Source: an uncultured Bacteroidales bacterium (GTDB taxonomy: Bacteria > Bacteroidota > Bacteroidia > Bacteroidales > FEN-979). From it: a DNA stretch of 64,000 nt. The position numbers and the translations under genes were made by a program. The notes under the pieces are model-generated. The model was not told where the DNA came from, made no database searches, and saw nothing but the letters and a program-made list of their open reading frames with translations. The stretch is from the NCBI GenBank assembly GCA_903887775.1, contig CAISRB010000032.1, positions 24,853 to 88,852 on the forward strand, in the 5' to 3' direction. Positions 9,942-20,193 of the stretch are shown one piece after another. Each line of letters begins with the position of its first letter. Within the stretch, counting starts at the first letter, position 1.

Positions 9942-10949
9942 TTAACCCCTCCGTTCTATCCTTTGCCTGAGGGCTTTCACTTTTTCATGAAGCGAGTTAA
10001 AAAAATGGTGCCTTTCCTTCGCTGATGTCCCGCTAATCAACGTTGATTTCTGCATCAGGTTGCGAAGAAAATTTTCAATCTGATCACAAAACAAGGGGTT
10101 TTTTGTGATCATTTGATTGATGACATTATAGGTCAGGTAAGCAGTTTTCCTGCCATCGGTATTGACGAGGATGGTATTATCGTTTACAAGGATCTCGTTA
10201 TGAAATAATTTATACGTATTCTCTATCCCTTCAGCCGGCCTTTGATGCATATACTGATAACCATGTTCAGCCTGGCTTTGCACATGATTAAGCCAGACTG
10301 CTATCACGTCGCAGAGTTTCAGGGCATCTTCGTTCAGGAAAAAGAAACCGGATTCGAGGCAATAATCGATTTGCCGGATGATACTTGAAATGGTATCTTC
10401 ACTCCAGATCTCAATAACCGGGATTTTCGTATAGCAGGTAAGCAGCTTACGTCCTGTTTCAAAGAGTTCTCCGGGAACATCCAGAATGATATGATCATGG
10501 TCATACCCTCCTGATGGAATTAGCACTTTATGCCAGAAGAAGAATTTAAAAGCGGCTATTTCTGGAAATTCAAAATAGTAAAAAATGGGAACGTCCTTCG
10601 CCGCATAAATGATCTCCCTGTTCCGGCATTCGTAGATCTTTTTCATCTCAACCAGAAGGGAATGCAACCAGTTTTCAAAGGTGAACCCATCCTTCCTTAT
10701 TGCCAGGGTAGTGAACGACACATTGTTGGATTGGAAATTCAGGGTTTCGTCCATCGAAATACTGTAGTATTCACATATTTTTTTCACCTCTTCCAGGGTC
10801 AGGTCTTTCTGACCCCTGATCCTTCGGTAAGCACTATCGTAACTTATACCCAGTAGTTCCGACAGATCATGTACAAATGAAATATTGGGTGCAAGCTTGC
10901 TTTTGATAAGATTAAAAAGCATCTCCTGGATTCCGGAATTCCCGTTCAT
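9942..10949 (-). CDS. putative HTH transcriptional regulator with uncharacterised C-terminal domain
   Basis: 335 aa. The N-terminus LSELLGISYDSAYRRIRGQKDLTLEEVKKICEYYSISMDE looks like an XRE/BetR-type helix-turn-helix. I do not recognise the remaining roughly 270 aa. Confidence 0.6.
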   Translation of the reverse strand: MNGNSGIQEMLFNLIKSKLAPNISFVHDLSELLGISYDSAYRRIRGQKDLTLEEVKKICEYYSISMDETLNFQSNNVSFTTLAIRKDGFTFENWLHSLLVEMKKIYECRNREIIYAAKDVPIFYYFEFPEIAAFKFFFWHKVLIPSGGYDHDHIILDVPGELFETGRKLLTCYTKIPVIEIWSEDTISSIIRQIDYCLESGFFFLNEDALKLCDVIAVWLNHVQSQAEHGYQYMHQRPAEGIENTYKLFHNEILVNDNTILVNTDGRKTAYLTYNVINQMITKNPLFCDQIENFLRNLMQKSTLISGTSAKERHHFFNSLHEKVKALRQRIERRG

Positions 10950-11127
10950 GGGTTTTGATTGGATGTTGTAAAGATAGGTAGATAAAATAAAAAAGTCAAT
11001 AGCGGGGTTATTAGTTATATCATCTGCCGGATTCAGACTGATGAAAAATCCATCTTACATCAGTTTGCATTTATCTTAAGCCGGGAAAAAAAACCATTCT
11101 GTGCAACTTAAACGTTCATCATCCTCA

Positions 11128-11231
11128 TTTTTTGCAAATCCTGCAAATCATGACTGTCGAAATATGTAGATTTTGGATTTTATGCAACCCGGGACTCCCG
11201 GGTTGTGGAAATCAGTTTTGATTCCCTTCAT
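11128..11231 (+). promoter_or_regulatory. conserved 5' element, copy 2, upstream of the membrane-protein/FISUMP gene pair
   Basis: It has the same three blocks and the same spacing as 8749-8850 (see that feature). Confidence 0.45.
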
Positions 11232-11271
11232 CACAGCCGTAATTTTGATACAGAACCTTTACACAGGAATT

Positions 11272-11691
11272 ATGAAAAACATAACCGGCAATCTGGCAAC
11301 CTTTCTTGGGGCAACGATCCTTCTTGTTTTCGGGCTTATCTATTTGTTCAGGAACAGTTTTATGCCATACCATTCTGCTGCCGTATCGATGGAATGGGCC
11401 CAGCTTGGCCCTGCCAGCCAATATCTGATTCTTGCACTCATGAGAGCAACCTCAGGAGGCTTCATCTCATCGGCTTTCGCGATGATCTTCCTGCAATATC
11501 AATATTCACGTTACAGGATCACCTGGATCCCTTTACTGATACTTGTCACAGGGACCATCGCAATGATCTGTATCTCCTATGCCACGCTCATTATCAGTTT
11601 GCATACCCCCGGCAGGCCCCCTCTTGCCCTTGCAATCGTCGGAGAAGCCTTGCTTATTGTTGGATTTATCTTTAACCGGAGATGTCATTAA
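11272..11691 (+). CDS. small 4-TM membrane protein, hypothetical
   Basis: The ORF-track start at 11173 is a TTG inside the conserved element, which is non-coding at the other locus. The ATG at 11272 (MKNITGNLATFLGATILLVFGL...) sits at the same distance from the element as ATG 8894. It has four hydrophobic helices. An alternative ATG at 11182 cannot be excluded. Confidence 0.6.
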   Translation: MKNITGNLATFLGATILLVFGLIYLFRNSFMPYHSAAVSMEWAQLGPASQYLILALMRATSGGFISSAFAMIFLQYQYSRYRITWIPLLILVTGTIAMICISYATLIISLHTPGRPPLALAIVGEALLIVGFIFNRRCH

Positions 11692-11705
11692 AAGCCATAT
11701 TTATT

Positions 11706-12839
11706 ATGAGAACAACTATACTCATTGCAGCGCTGATCCTTTGTTTGGCCAGTCCGGCAGCAACTCAGAAAGACTCGATCCCGAAAAAGAAACTTTATAA
11801 AGCCTGGCTGAAGCTGAATACGGACCCTGTGAAACAAAAAGGCGTACTTTTCGAAATACAGGACTCCTCGGTTGTACTCTCCGATGCAAAAAACCTGGCA
11901 GATTATATTGACGGCAAATTCACTGTTTCCCAATTTAAAGTCAGCTCCATCGAGAACATTAAGATCAGGAGGAAGCGCAATATCAACAGGGGGGCATTGA
12001 TCGGCATGGCTGCAGGGTTTGTGGCGGGGGGTATTGCCGGGGCGTTCCTCGGCCAGGGAAATGCCGGGGCCATATTATGGGTAGGTTGCTGGGGGTTAGG
12101 TCTTGGTGCGGCCGTTGGAGCAGCTATAGGTTCAGTGAAAATTTCTATCCCCATTCACGGTGATCAGGTAAAGTTCAATGAGAGACGGAAGAAACTGATG
12201 ACTTATGCTTTCAATAACCACTATACTATTGTCCCGCCTGCACACTTTATCAGGCTCCATAGCGATGTGGCGGATACCGACGGCAATGTCTATCATACCC
12301 TCGCTCTTGCCGGCCAGGTGTGGATGGCTTCGAACCTGAAAGTTACACACTACCGGAACGGTGATCCCATTACCAAAGTAAAGGCAGGCGGGGATTGGGG
12401 GAAAGCTGCTACCGGCGCTACCTGTTATTATGTGAATGATTCTTCAGCAAACAATAACCTGGGCAATCTGTATAACTGGAATGCCATAAACGACACCCGC
12501 GGTCTTTGTCCGAAGGGATGGCATGTCCCATCATTATCAGAATGGTCATCACTTTTAACCTGCCTGGGAGGCGAATCTGAAGCAGGAAAGAAAATCACAG
12601 AACCCATACCTGCCGTTACGGGAAGCTTGAGCGAAGATCCATTCGCCCTTCCGGGTGGCTTTCGTTACAATAGCGGAGAATTCTCCTCAAAGAAGGGGCT
12701 GTCATATCAATGGTGGTCAGCGACCTCTGTGGATACGGCAGAGGCAAAAGCATTTTATATGGGCAATGACGACGGGGGCATCATGTTTACAAATAGTGAT
12801 AATCGATCAGGGCTGCCAGTAAGGTGTTTGAGAGACTGA
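11706..12839 (+). CDS. FISUMP-domain protein with signal peptide and glycine-zipper segment (full-length paralog)
   Basis: I prefer the ATG at 11706 (MRTTILIAALILCLASPAATQ) to the start at 11682. It has the glycine zipper GALIGMAAGFVAGGIAGAFLG..GLGLGAAVGAAIG. The complete FISUMP pattern is present: DTDGNVYHTLALAGQVWMASNLKVTHYRNGDPI...LGNLYNWNAI..GLCPKGWHVPSLSEW...GLPVRCLRD. Confidence 0.85.
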   Translation: MRTTILIAALILCLASPAATQKDSIPKKKLYKAWLKLNTDPVKQKGVLFEIQDSSVVLSDAKNLADYIDGKFTVSQFKVSSIENIKIRRKRNINRGALIGMAAGFVAGGIAGAFLGQGNAGAILWVGCWGLGLGAAVGAAIGSVKISIPIHGDQVKFNERRKKLMTYAFNNHYTIVPPAHFIRLHSDVADTDGNVYHTLALAGQVWMASNLKVTHYRNGDPITKVKAGGDWGKAATGATCYYVNDSSANNNLGNLYNWNAINDTRGLCPKGWHVPSLSEWSSLLTCLGGESEAGKKITEPIPAVTGSLSEDPFALPGGFRYNSGEFSSKKGLSYQWWSATSVDTAEAKAFYMGNDDGGIMFTNSDNRSGLPVRCLRD

Positions 12840-12908
12840 TGAATCTCGGATGAAACAAATTGAAGCAATATCAGCCGGGCAGGCCTCGTATACGCCGGAT
12901 ATCCAATC

Positions 12909-12937
12909 CCTGATCTCGTGATGATCAGGATTTTTTG
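12909..12937 (+). terminator. putative rho-independent terminator after the FISUMP gene
   Basis: CCTGATC-tcgtgat-GATCAGG followed by ATTTTTT. Confidence 0.5.
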
Positions 12938-12974
12938 TATTTTTGCGTCCTAAAACCCACTAACATATCTATAC

Positions 12975-13370
12975 ATGTCAATAGAAGTATATTTTGCAGG
13001 ACCGAAGAAGGTTAATGCAAAACTCAATGGATTTACCGTCGAAACTGACCAGCCCGTGCGCGCCGGCGGAGAGGAAAGCGCTCCCACCCCATTTGCCCTG
13101 TTCCTGTCGTCCCTGGCAACCTGTGCAGGGATCTTTGTGAAGGGTTTCTGCGACCAACGCGGGCTCCCCACCCAGGATGTCAGGCTCAGCCTTGATTATG
13201 CAATTGACCCGGAAACTAAAAATGTCGGAAAATTCCTTATTAAGATTTTCATTCCTTCACATTTTCCTGAAAAATATGATGCAGCCCTGATCCAGTCGGC
13301 AAGCCTCTGTACCGTAAAACGCCACCTGAACCCGGCTATTGAAAACGAGATCATCGTCGTGAGGAACTAA
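12975..13370 (+). CDS. OsmC family protein
   Basis: 131 aa. The pattern GGEESAPTPFALFLSSLATCAG ... SLCTVKRHL, with the two conserved Cys regions, is typical of the OsmC/Ohr superfamily. Confidence 0.85.
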   Translation: MSIEVYFAGPKKVNAKLNGFTVETDQPVRAGGEESAPTPFALFLSSLATCAGIFVKGFCDQRGLPTQDVRLSLDYAIDPETKNVGKFLIKIFIPSHFPEKYDAALIQSASLCTVKRHLNPAIENEIIVVRN

Positions 13371-13409
13371 CACCACAATATTCACTTTGTTTATAATTCC
13401 TTCATTTTT

Positions 13410-14591
13410 ATGAAAAAGAAACATTCCGGATTCAATTCCGCACTTGTGCATGGCGAGGGATTCAAAGATCCCCACGGCAGCGTGATCATGCCCATCTACC
13501 AGACTTCTACCTTTGCATTCGACAGCGCCGAGCATGGGGCCCGCCTTTTTTCGGGCGAGAGCGACGGCTATATTTACACCCGTATTGACAACCCGACAAC
13601 GCTCGATCTTGAAAAGACCATTGCCATGCTCGAACACGGGCACGACGGCATAGCCACATCTTCAGGAATGGCAGCTGTTAACACGGTTTACATGAGTTAC
13701 CTCGGTGCAGGAAAACACATCGTCAGCCATAACGCCGTTTACGGCCCGGCCCGCGGTATCATGGAAGGCACTTACGCAAAATTCGGGGTGGAATCCACTT
13801 ATATTGATACCACCGACCTGGATCAGGTACGAAAAGCCATCCGCCCGAATACAAGCCTTATTTACCTTGAATCCCCGGCCAATCCCACGATGGGCATTTC
13901 AGATATACCCGCCATTTGCGGGATTGCACATCAGCACAATATCCCCGTCTGCGTCGACAATACATTCTGCAGCCCTTATCTTCAGAATCCTTTGGACCAG
14001 GGGGCGGATATCGTTCTCCATTCGCTGACAAAATTCCTCAACGGCCATGCCGATATCGTAGGCGGAATGATCATAGTAAAAGATCCCGCCGAGTACAAAA
14101 GGGTGCGCACAATGATGGTGAACCTCGGCTGCAATATGGACCCCCACCAGGCTTTCCTAACCCGGCGCGGACTAAAAACACTGGCAATCCGCCTTGACCG
14201 CGCACAGGAAAATGCAGTGAAAGTTGCCGGATATCTCGAGAAACACCCGAAGGTTGAATGGGTGCTTTATCCTGGATTGAAATCACATCCACAGTACGAG
14301 CTTGGAAAGAAAATGATGCGCGGCCCGGGAGCCATGATATCGTTCGGCCTGAAAGGCGGACTTGAAGCCGGCCGCAAGATGATGAACGCTGTTGAATTCT
14401 GCGTTCTCGCAGTTTCCCTCGGAGGTATCGAAACCCTGATCCAGCATCCGGCATCGATGACCCATTCGAAACTTTCGCCTGAAGCAAGAAAACAGGGCGG
14501 AATTACCGATGAATTAGTTCGGCTCTCCATAGGTATCGAGGAATCGGAAGATATCATCGCTGACCTGGAGCAGGCGCTCGAGAAAGTCTGA
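13410..14591 (+). CDS. PLP-dependent Cys/Met metabolism enzyme, methionine gamma-lyase/cystathionine gamma-synthase family
   Basis: 393 aa. YTRIDNPT and the SLTKFLNGHADIVGG PLP-lysine motif are present, and the length fits MGL-like enzymes. Exact specificity cannot be determined from the sequence alone. Confidence 0.85.
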   Translation: MKKKHSGFNSALVHGEGFKDPHGSVIMPIYQTSTFAFDSAEHGARLFSGESDGYIYTRIDNPTTLDLEKTIAMLEHGHDGIATSSGMAAVNTVYMSYLGAGKHIVSHNAVYGPARGIMEGTYAKFGVESTYIDTTDLDQVRKAIRPNTSLIYLESPANPTMGISDIPAICGIAHQHNIPVCVDNTFCSPYLQNPLDQGADIVLHSLTKFLNGHADIVGGMIIVKDPAEYKRVRTMMVNLGCNMDPHQAFLTRRGLKTLAIRLDRAQENAVKVAGYLEKHPKVEWVLYPGLKSHPQYELGKKMMRGPGAMISFGLKGGLEAGRKMMNAVEFCVLAVSLGGIETLIQHPASMTHSKLSPEARKQGGITDELVRLSIGIEESEDIIADLEQALEKV

Positions 14592-14674
14592 CAGATTACC
14601 GAACCGATGGTGGACCAGGTTTAGCCCTTCGCATTTCTCAATTTGCTTTACCTTTGATCATCCAAATCTGCCTG

Positions 14675-16963
14675 ATGTTCAAACAAGCATTTATATTTCT
14701 CACAGTCATTTTGTTTTTTAACCTGCCTGCACAGTCCCAGAAAGTTGCTGTGATCCTTTCGGGAGGCGCCAGCAGGGGCGGAGCACATATCGGGGTGCTC
14801 AAAGCATTGGAAGAACAGCATATCCCGATCAGTTGCATTGCGGGGACCTCGGTAGGAGCTATCGTCGGCGGCTTATATGCTTCGGGCTACACCCCCGACG
14901 AGATCGAAAAAATGATCAGCTCCGATGAGTTCCAGAAGAATGCCTCAGGCCTCATGTATGAAGAGTATGTATATTACTACAGGAAAGAAGAACCTAATGC
15001 TTCATGGGTCTCACTGGATGTCAACCCGAAAAAGAAAATCACTTCAGCCCTCCCGACCAGCCTGAAATCCCCTTTCATGATAGACTTTCGTTTCATGGAG
15101 ATGTTCGCGCCTGCAAATGCAGCCGCAGGGGGCGATTTCGACAAACTGTTCATCCCTTTTCGCTGCGTTGTGGCCGATATCGATTCCTCATCCGCAGTCA
15201 TCATAAAAAAAGGAGACCTTGGAAGTTCAATAAGGGCATCGATGAGCATTCCCTTTGTTTATAACCCTGTAATCCTCAACGGCAAACTGATGTACGACGG
15301 GGGTATGTATAACAACTTCCCTACCAATGTTGCTGCGGATGATTTCAAGGCGGATGTCATTATCGGGAGCCGTGTCGCTGAACGTTATGACAAGCCTGAT
15401 CCCGAGGATCCAATATCCCAGTTGTTAGTCATGCTGATGGGCAAGCAGAATTCCACTATCCCATACCCTAACTCGGTGCTGATCCTTCCGAACGTGCCTA
15501 AAATAGATCTGTTCGACTTCAGTCATACGTCTGTTCTGGCCGATAGCGGGTATGCAGCTGCCATGCGAAGTATCCCCGCGATACGGCAACTGGTGCACGA
15601 CAGTGCAACTGCCGTGGAACTTATCCGCAGAAGGGAGAAATTCAGGAATAAACAGCCTGAGCTTATCTTCGATTCCATCATTACAAACGGACTGACCAGG
15701 GCCCAGAACGCTTATGTGAAGCAGGTGCTCAAACACGGCAAACAACTGGTCGGCATGAAGGAACTCCGTCCCGGATACTACCGCTTCATCGACGAGGGCT
15801 TTGTGAAAACCATATATCCCGAAGCAAGGTTCAACCCGGCGAGCGGGCATTATGACCTGCTTCTGGACATACGCCTTGCCGACAAATTCAGCGTCGATTT
15901 CGGAGGGAATCTTTCGCTGGGAACAGTTAATGAAGCATTTCTTGAATTACGGTATAAACTTTTATGGTCAAAAGCCCTGCATTTTCTCGCAAACGGGTAT
16001 TTCGGAAAATTCTATGCCTCTGCCCGGCTTGCGGCCAGGATGGATTTCAACTCAAAATACCCATGGTACATCGATCTGAGCTATACTTTTAACCATTTCG
16101 ATTATTTTAAAAATTCCACTTTTTTCTTTGACGATAAAACCCCAAGCTATATCATTGAGAGAGAATACTTTGGCGACATAAGCCTCGGACTTCCGCTGAC
16201 CAATGCAGGGAAGCTGGGGATCGATTTCACCTATGCCTTTACCAATGATAAATACTACCAGTCGAACCAGTTTACCCGCTATGACACGGCTGACCAAACG
16301 GGGTTTAATTTTTTCGCGCCATCAGTCAGCTTTGAACTGAACAGCCTGAACAGGAAGCAATATGCCAATGCCGGAGCCAGGCTTAAAATCAGTATTGCCT
16401 ATGTTAACGGGCATGAAGACTTTTTGCCGGGATCGACGACCATCGGAAAAAATGAGATCGAGGCACAGCTTGATTGGTTCAGCTTCAGGGTACTTTACGA
16501 CAATTACTTTAAAACCTTCGGTCCTGTAAAATTTGGCTTTTACGGGGAAGCCTCAATCTCAAACCAGCCGCTGTTCAGCAATTATGTATCTACGCTGATC
16601 CATTCACCCGCGTTTCAGCCTGTTCCTGAAAGCCAGACGCTGGTGCTACCAAATTTCAGGGCCCTGAATTACGGAGCTGCGGGGCTGAAAGTCGTTGTAA
16701 GGGTGTATAAGAAGATTGATTACAGGCTCGAAGGATACCTTTTCCAGCCTTACCAGGCAATTATTGAAGACCCGGTAACCAATACAGCGAACCTGGGCCC
16801 TGTGTTCAGCGACCGATCCTGGATGGCTTCCACTTTGTTCGTGTATAACAGTCCGCTGGGCCCTGTATCCCTGGGAGTAAACTATTATGACAAGTCAACC
16901 GACAGTTTCAATGTGAACCTTAACTTCGGATATATTATTTTCAACCGCAGTGCGATGCCGTAA
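14675..16963 (+). CDS. patatin-like phospholipase fused to an Omp85/surface-antigen-like beta-barrel
   Basis: Patatin motifs GGASRGGAHIGV and GTSVGA are present, plus a catalytic Asp region (MYDGGM). A long aromatic-rich C-terminal region ends in F-x-N-type beta strands. I prefer the ATG at 14675 to the TTG at 14654. Confidence 0.85.
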   Translation: MFKQAFIFLTVILFFNLPAQSQKVAVILSGGASRGGAHIGVLKALEEQHIPISCIAGTSVGAIVGGLYASGYTPDEIEKMISSDEFQKNASGLMYEEYVYYYRKEEPNASWVSLDVNPKKKITSALPTSLKSPFMIDFRFMEMFAPANAAAGGDFDKLFIPFRCVVADIDSSSAVIIKKGDLGSSIRASMSIPFVYNPVILNGKLMYDGGMYNNFPTNVAADDFKADVIIGSRVAERYDKPDPEDPISQLLVMLMGKQNSTIPYPNSVLILPNVPKIDLFDFSHTSVLADSGYAAAMRSIPAIRQLVHDSATAVELIRRREKFRNKQPELIFDSIITNGLTRAQNAYVKQVLKHGKQLVGMKELRPGYYRFIDEGFVKTIYPEARFNPASGHYDLLLDIRLADKFSVDFGGNLSLGTVNEAFLELRYKLLWSKALHFLANGYFGKFYASARLAARMDFNSKYPWYIDLSYTFNHFDYFKNSTFFFDDKTPSYIIEREYFGDISLGLPLTNAGKLGIDFTYAFTNDKYYQSNQFTRYDTADQTGFNFFAPSVSFELNSLNRKQYANAGARLKISIAYVNGHEDFLPGSTTIGKNEIEAQLDWFSFRVLYDNYFKTFGPVKFGFYGEASISNQPLFSNYVSTLIHSPAFQPVPESQTLVLPNFRALNYGAAGLKVVVRVYKKIDYRLEGYLFQPYQAIIEDPVTNTANLGPVFSDRSWMASTLFVYNSPLGPVSLGVNYYDKSTDSFNVNLNFGYIIFNRSAMP

Positions 16964-16980
16964 GCTTCTGACACGATGAT

Positions 16981-17014
16981 TTTGTCAGCCATTCATTTTA
17001 TTTATTTATATTTG
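16981..17014 (+). promoter_or_regulatory. candidate Bacteroidota-type promoter for the DUF349 gene
   Basis: TTTG at 16981-16984 and TATATTTG at 17007-17014 resemble the -33 TTTG and -7 TAnnTTTG consensus. The site is 79 nt upstream of ATG 17093. Confidence 0.3.
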
Positions 17015-17092
17015 CTTCCTTTTTGGAAATTATCATCACCGGCTTCGGTCGGATTCTGAACATTTATATGCTTAACCGGACTTTGATTTATA

Positions 17093-19069
17093 ATGAAAAA
17101 CACAGAAAACACCCCGAATCCCGGGACAGTAGAAGATACTGTACGGGAGGAGATTTCTTCATCTGCAGTTAATGCAGAATCTAATGAGATTAATCCTCTG
17201 CCAACTGAGTCAAATCAGACAGAACAAGTAAAAACCGAAGAACTCCCCGCCGAACTGGTTCCACCTCTGGCTGAGGACCAGGAAGAACACGAAGAAGAGC
17301 TTGCAGCCGAGCACGAAAGTCACGAAACCCAGGTGAACTATGATCAGCTCACACGCACAGAGCTGGTCGACATCCTCGAAAAAGTTGTAAAGGAAGACGA
17401 TATCAACGCGATCAAAACCACGATCGCGCTGATCAAAGTTGCTTTTCTGAGGAAGAAAAAAGAAGAAAGCCTTACCAAATACGAGGCAGCTCTCGGCCAG
17501 GAAAGCGAAGTTAAGGAAGGCGAAGTAAAGCCAGAACTCCCTCCTGAACAGGATGAGCTGGACCTGAGATTTAACGAGACCTTCAATATTTACAAAGCAA
17601 ACAAAGCCAGGTTTTTAGAGGAACAGGAGAAGCTGAAGCACGAAAACCTTAAGAAGAAATTCCAGATTATCGAGGATCTTAAGCAGCTGATCAATTCAGA
17701 GGAGACCCTGAAGAAGACCTACGACGAGTTCAAGGTATTGCAGGATCGCTGGAAGAACGTTGGCATGGTTCCCAGGGGAGAGATCAACAATCTCTGGCAG
17801 AACTACCATTTTCTCGTCGAGAAATTCTTCGAAAAGGTCAAGGTTAATAAGGAACTTAAAGATCTTGACCTTAAGAAGAACCTTGAAGCCAAGATGGCTC
17901 TCTGTGAAAAAACCGAGGAGCTTCTTCTTGAAACCTCCATTCTGAAATCATTCAAGAAACTTCAGAAGTACCATGAGGAATGGAAGGAAATAGGCCCGGC
18001 GCCAGCCGATAAAAAAGACGAGATCTGGGAAAGGTTTAAAAATGCCACTGATAAGATCAACGAACGCCGAAGGGAACATTACTCACGCATAGAGGGAGAA
18101 CAGGGCAAGAACCTGGAGACTAAAACCGCTTTATGTGAACAGGGAGAGGAAGTTCTTACGATAAAGAACGAATCTGTAAAAGAATGGCAGGAGCAGACCA
18201 ATAAGGTCAACGAACTGCTGCAGATCTGGAAAAGTATTGGCCCGGTGCCTCAAAAAGTAAATTCAGAGATCTGGAACAGGTTTAAGACCAGCCTGGATGG
18301 CTTCTTTTCCAATAAAAAAGAATTTTTTGACAAGCTGAAGGATCAGCAGCTGCACAACTACAATCTTAAGGTTGAATTGTGCATGCAGGCTGAATCATTG
18401 AAAGCCAATACAGACTGGAAGAAAACCAGTCAGGAGCTGATCCGGCTCCAGGGTGAATGGAAGAAGATAGGCCCGGTACCGAAAAAGCATTCCGACAAGA
18501 TATGGAAACGGTTCAGGGCCGCCTGCGACGAATTCTTCCATGCAAAATCGGCTTACTTCAGCAACATTCAGGCTCACGAGGATGAAAACCTCGCGAAGAA
18601 GAACGACCTTCTTCAAAGGCTGAAGGAATTCCAGTTCAGTGAAGACAAAAACGCCAACCTCGAAACCCTGAAGAACTTTCAGAGGGAGTGGACCGACATC
18701 GGTCATATTCCGATGAAGGATAAGGACAGGGTGCAGAATGAATTCAGAGCGATTGTCAACGAACATCTCGACCACCTCAAAATAAGCGAGATCGAGATCT
18801 CTACGATGAACTACCAGAACCGCATGGATCATCTCAAAAACGATCCCAATGCCCGCAGGGTGATGGGTCGTGAAAAGGAACTGCTCATCGGCAAGATCAG
18901 CAAGTTGAAAGAAGATGTGAATCTCTGGGAAAACAATATCGGTTTCCTCGCGAAATCGAAGAATGCAGCCATCCTGAGAGAAGAATTCGAGAACAAGATC
19001 AATAAGACGAAGAGCGAGCTGAAGGTGATGGAAGCCAAACTGAAGATACTGAAGCAGCAGCAGGTTTGA
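17093..19069 (+). CDS. DUF349 repeat protein
   Basis: 658 aa with an acidic N-terminus. It has about six repeats of the W(K/Q)xIGP(V/A)Pxxxxxx(I/L)WxRF pattern that characterises DUF349. Confidence 0.85.
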   Translation: MKNTENTPNPGTVEDTVREEISSSAVNAESNEINPLPTESNQTEQVKTEELPAELVPPLAEDQEEHEEELAAEHESHETQVNYDQLTRTELVDILEKVVKEDDINAIKTTIALIKVAFLRKKKEESLTKYEAALGQESEVKEGEVKPELPPEQDELDLRFNETFNIYKANKARFLEEQEKLKHENLKKKFQIIEDLKQLINSEETLKKTYDEFKVLQDRWKNVGMVPRGEINNLWQNYHFLVEKFFEKVKVNKELKDLDLKKNLEAKMALCEKTEELLLETSILKSFKKLQKYHEEWKEIGPAPADKKDEIWERFKNATDKINERRREHYSRIEGEQGKNLETKTALCEQGEEVLTIKNESVKEWQEQTNKVNELLQIWKSIGPVPQKVNSEIWNRFKTSLDGFFSNKKEFFDKLKDQQLHNYNLKVELCMQAESLKANTDWKKTSQELIRLQGEWKKIGPVPKKHSDKIWKRFRAACDEFFHAKSAYFSNIQAHEDENLAKKNDLLQRLKEFQFSEDKNANLETLKNFQREWTDIGHIPMKDKDRVQNEFRAIVNEHLDHLKISEIEISTMNYQNRMDHLKNDPNARRVMGREKELLIGKISKLKEDVNLWENNIGFLAKSKNAAILREEFENKINKTKSELKVMEAKLKILKQQQV

Positions 19070-19070
19070 T

Positions 19071-20081
19071 ATGGCCGGAAACTCATTCGGAAAAATACTC
19101 GTGCTGACCACCTTCGGGGAATCACACGGAACCCTCACAGGAGGGGTACTCGATGGTTTTCCATCCAATTTTCCGGTTGACCTTCATTTCATACAGTCCG
19201 AGCTTAATCGCAGAGCCCCCAGCTTCAGTGACTTTTCTTCGCCCCGCAAGGAAGAAGACAGGATTGAGATACTTTCAGGAGTCTTTGAAGGTAAAACCAC
19301 CGGTGCACCCATTGCGTTCATCATTCCCAACAAAGATCAACGGCCGGAAGATTATTCATCATTAAAGGAAATATACCGCCCGTCGCATGCCGATTACTCC
19401 TGGGAGAAAAAATACGGGCATCGCGATTACCGTGGAGGCGGGAGGACCTCGGCCCGGGAAACGGCCGCAAGGGTTGCCGGAGGTGCATTTGCAAAACTTT
19501 ATCTCAACTCAAAAGGCATAAGCATTATTGCTGAAGTATGTGAGATCGGGGGATTCAGGATTCCCGAAGAAGAAGCCAAAGCCGGTGAATTTTTAAAAAG
19601 CCTGAAAGAAACCGGGGACACTACCGGGGGTATCATCAGTTGCACCATAAACCATCTTCCTGCAGGCCTTGGTGAACCGGTTTTTGACAAGCTGCAGGCT
19701 GAACTGGCAAAGGCCATGCTCAGCATCAATGCAGTTAAAGGATTTGAGTACGGGAGTGGATTTGCAGGTTCGAGGATGAAAGGCTCGGAACATAATGATG
19801 CTTTTCTTACCGGCAATGAAGCCGAAGACCTTATCACGAAGACCAATTTCTCGGGAGGCATACAGGGCGGTATCTCGAACGGGATGCCGGTTGTTTTCAG
19901 GCTTGCTTTCAAACCTGTTTCATCTATCAGGATGCAACAGGAAACAGTTGATAAGAACGGGCAAAAAGTTCAGTTCACAGGGACCGGCCGCCACGATGTA
20001 TGCGTGGTTCCCCGTGCGGTTCCTATTGTCGAAGCTATGGCAGCGCTGGTGATAGCAGACAATCTATTGCTCAACAAATAA
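19071..20081 (+). CDS. aroC: chorismate synthase
   Basis: [37 protein letters not shown]-like and [18 protein letters not shown] are canonical AroC motifs. The start lies 1 nt after the DUF349 stop. Confidence 0.95.
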   Translation: MAGNSFGKILVLTTFGESHGTLTGGVLDGFPSNFPVDLHFIQSELNRRAPSFSDFSSPRKEEDRIEILSGVFEGKTTGAPIAFIIPNKDQRPEDYSSLKEIYRPSHADYSWEKKYGHRDYRGGGRTSARETAARVAGGAFAKLYLNSKGISIIAEVCEIGGFRIPEEEAKAGEFLKSLKETGDTTGGIISCTINHLPAGLGEPVFDKLQAELAKAMLSINAVKGFEYGSGFAGSRMKGSEHNDAFLTGNEAEDLITKTNFSGGIQGGISNGMPVVFRLAFKPVSSIRMQQETVDKNGQKVQFTGTGRHDVCVVPRAVPIVEAMAALVIADNLLLNK

Positions 20082-20084
20082 GAA

Positions 20085-20193
20085 GCGAAAAGCGAAATAA
20101 TTTCACCTTTCGCTTTTCGCCTTTCGCTTTTCACCTTTCGCCTTTCGCTTCTCGCCTTTCGCTTTTCACCTTTCGCCTTTCGCTTCTCGCCTT
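20085..20193. repeat. 13-bp perfect hairpin followed by a 12-unit heptamer array (TTTCGCY)
   Basis: GCGAAAAGCGAAA (20085-20097) pairs with TTTCGCTTTTCGC (20108-20120). From 20108 to 20191 there are 12 x 7-bp units with a 35-bp higher-order duplication. The repeat fills the whole aroC/aguA convergent spacer. Confidence 0.85.

Noticed and set aside
11173-11271. The TTG-initiated N-terminal extension of the 4-TM protein, and a possible overlapping 156-aa ORF at 11205-11675.
   Set aside because: The extension covers the conserved 5' element, which contains an in-frame stop at the homologous position of locus 1. The ATG at 11272 sits at the conserved distance from the element. ORF 11205-11675 is an alternative frame of the same region with no membrane or domain logic.
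8894-12839. Whether the small FISUMP pair with regulator and membrane protein is a toxin-antitoxin or phage-defence cassette.
   Set aside because: No nuclease, ATPase, toxin or immunity-like domains are recognisable. Both FISUMP proteins have signal peptides, which points to envelope or surface proteins rather than cytoplasmic defence.
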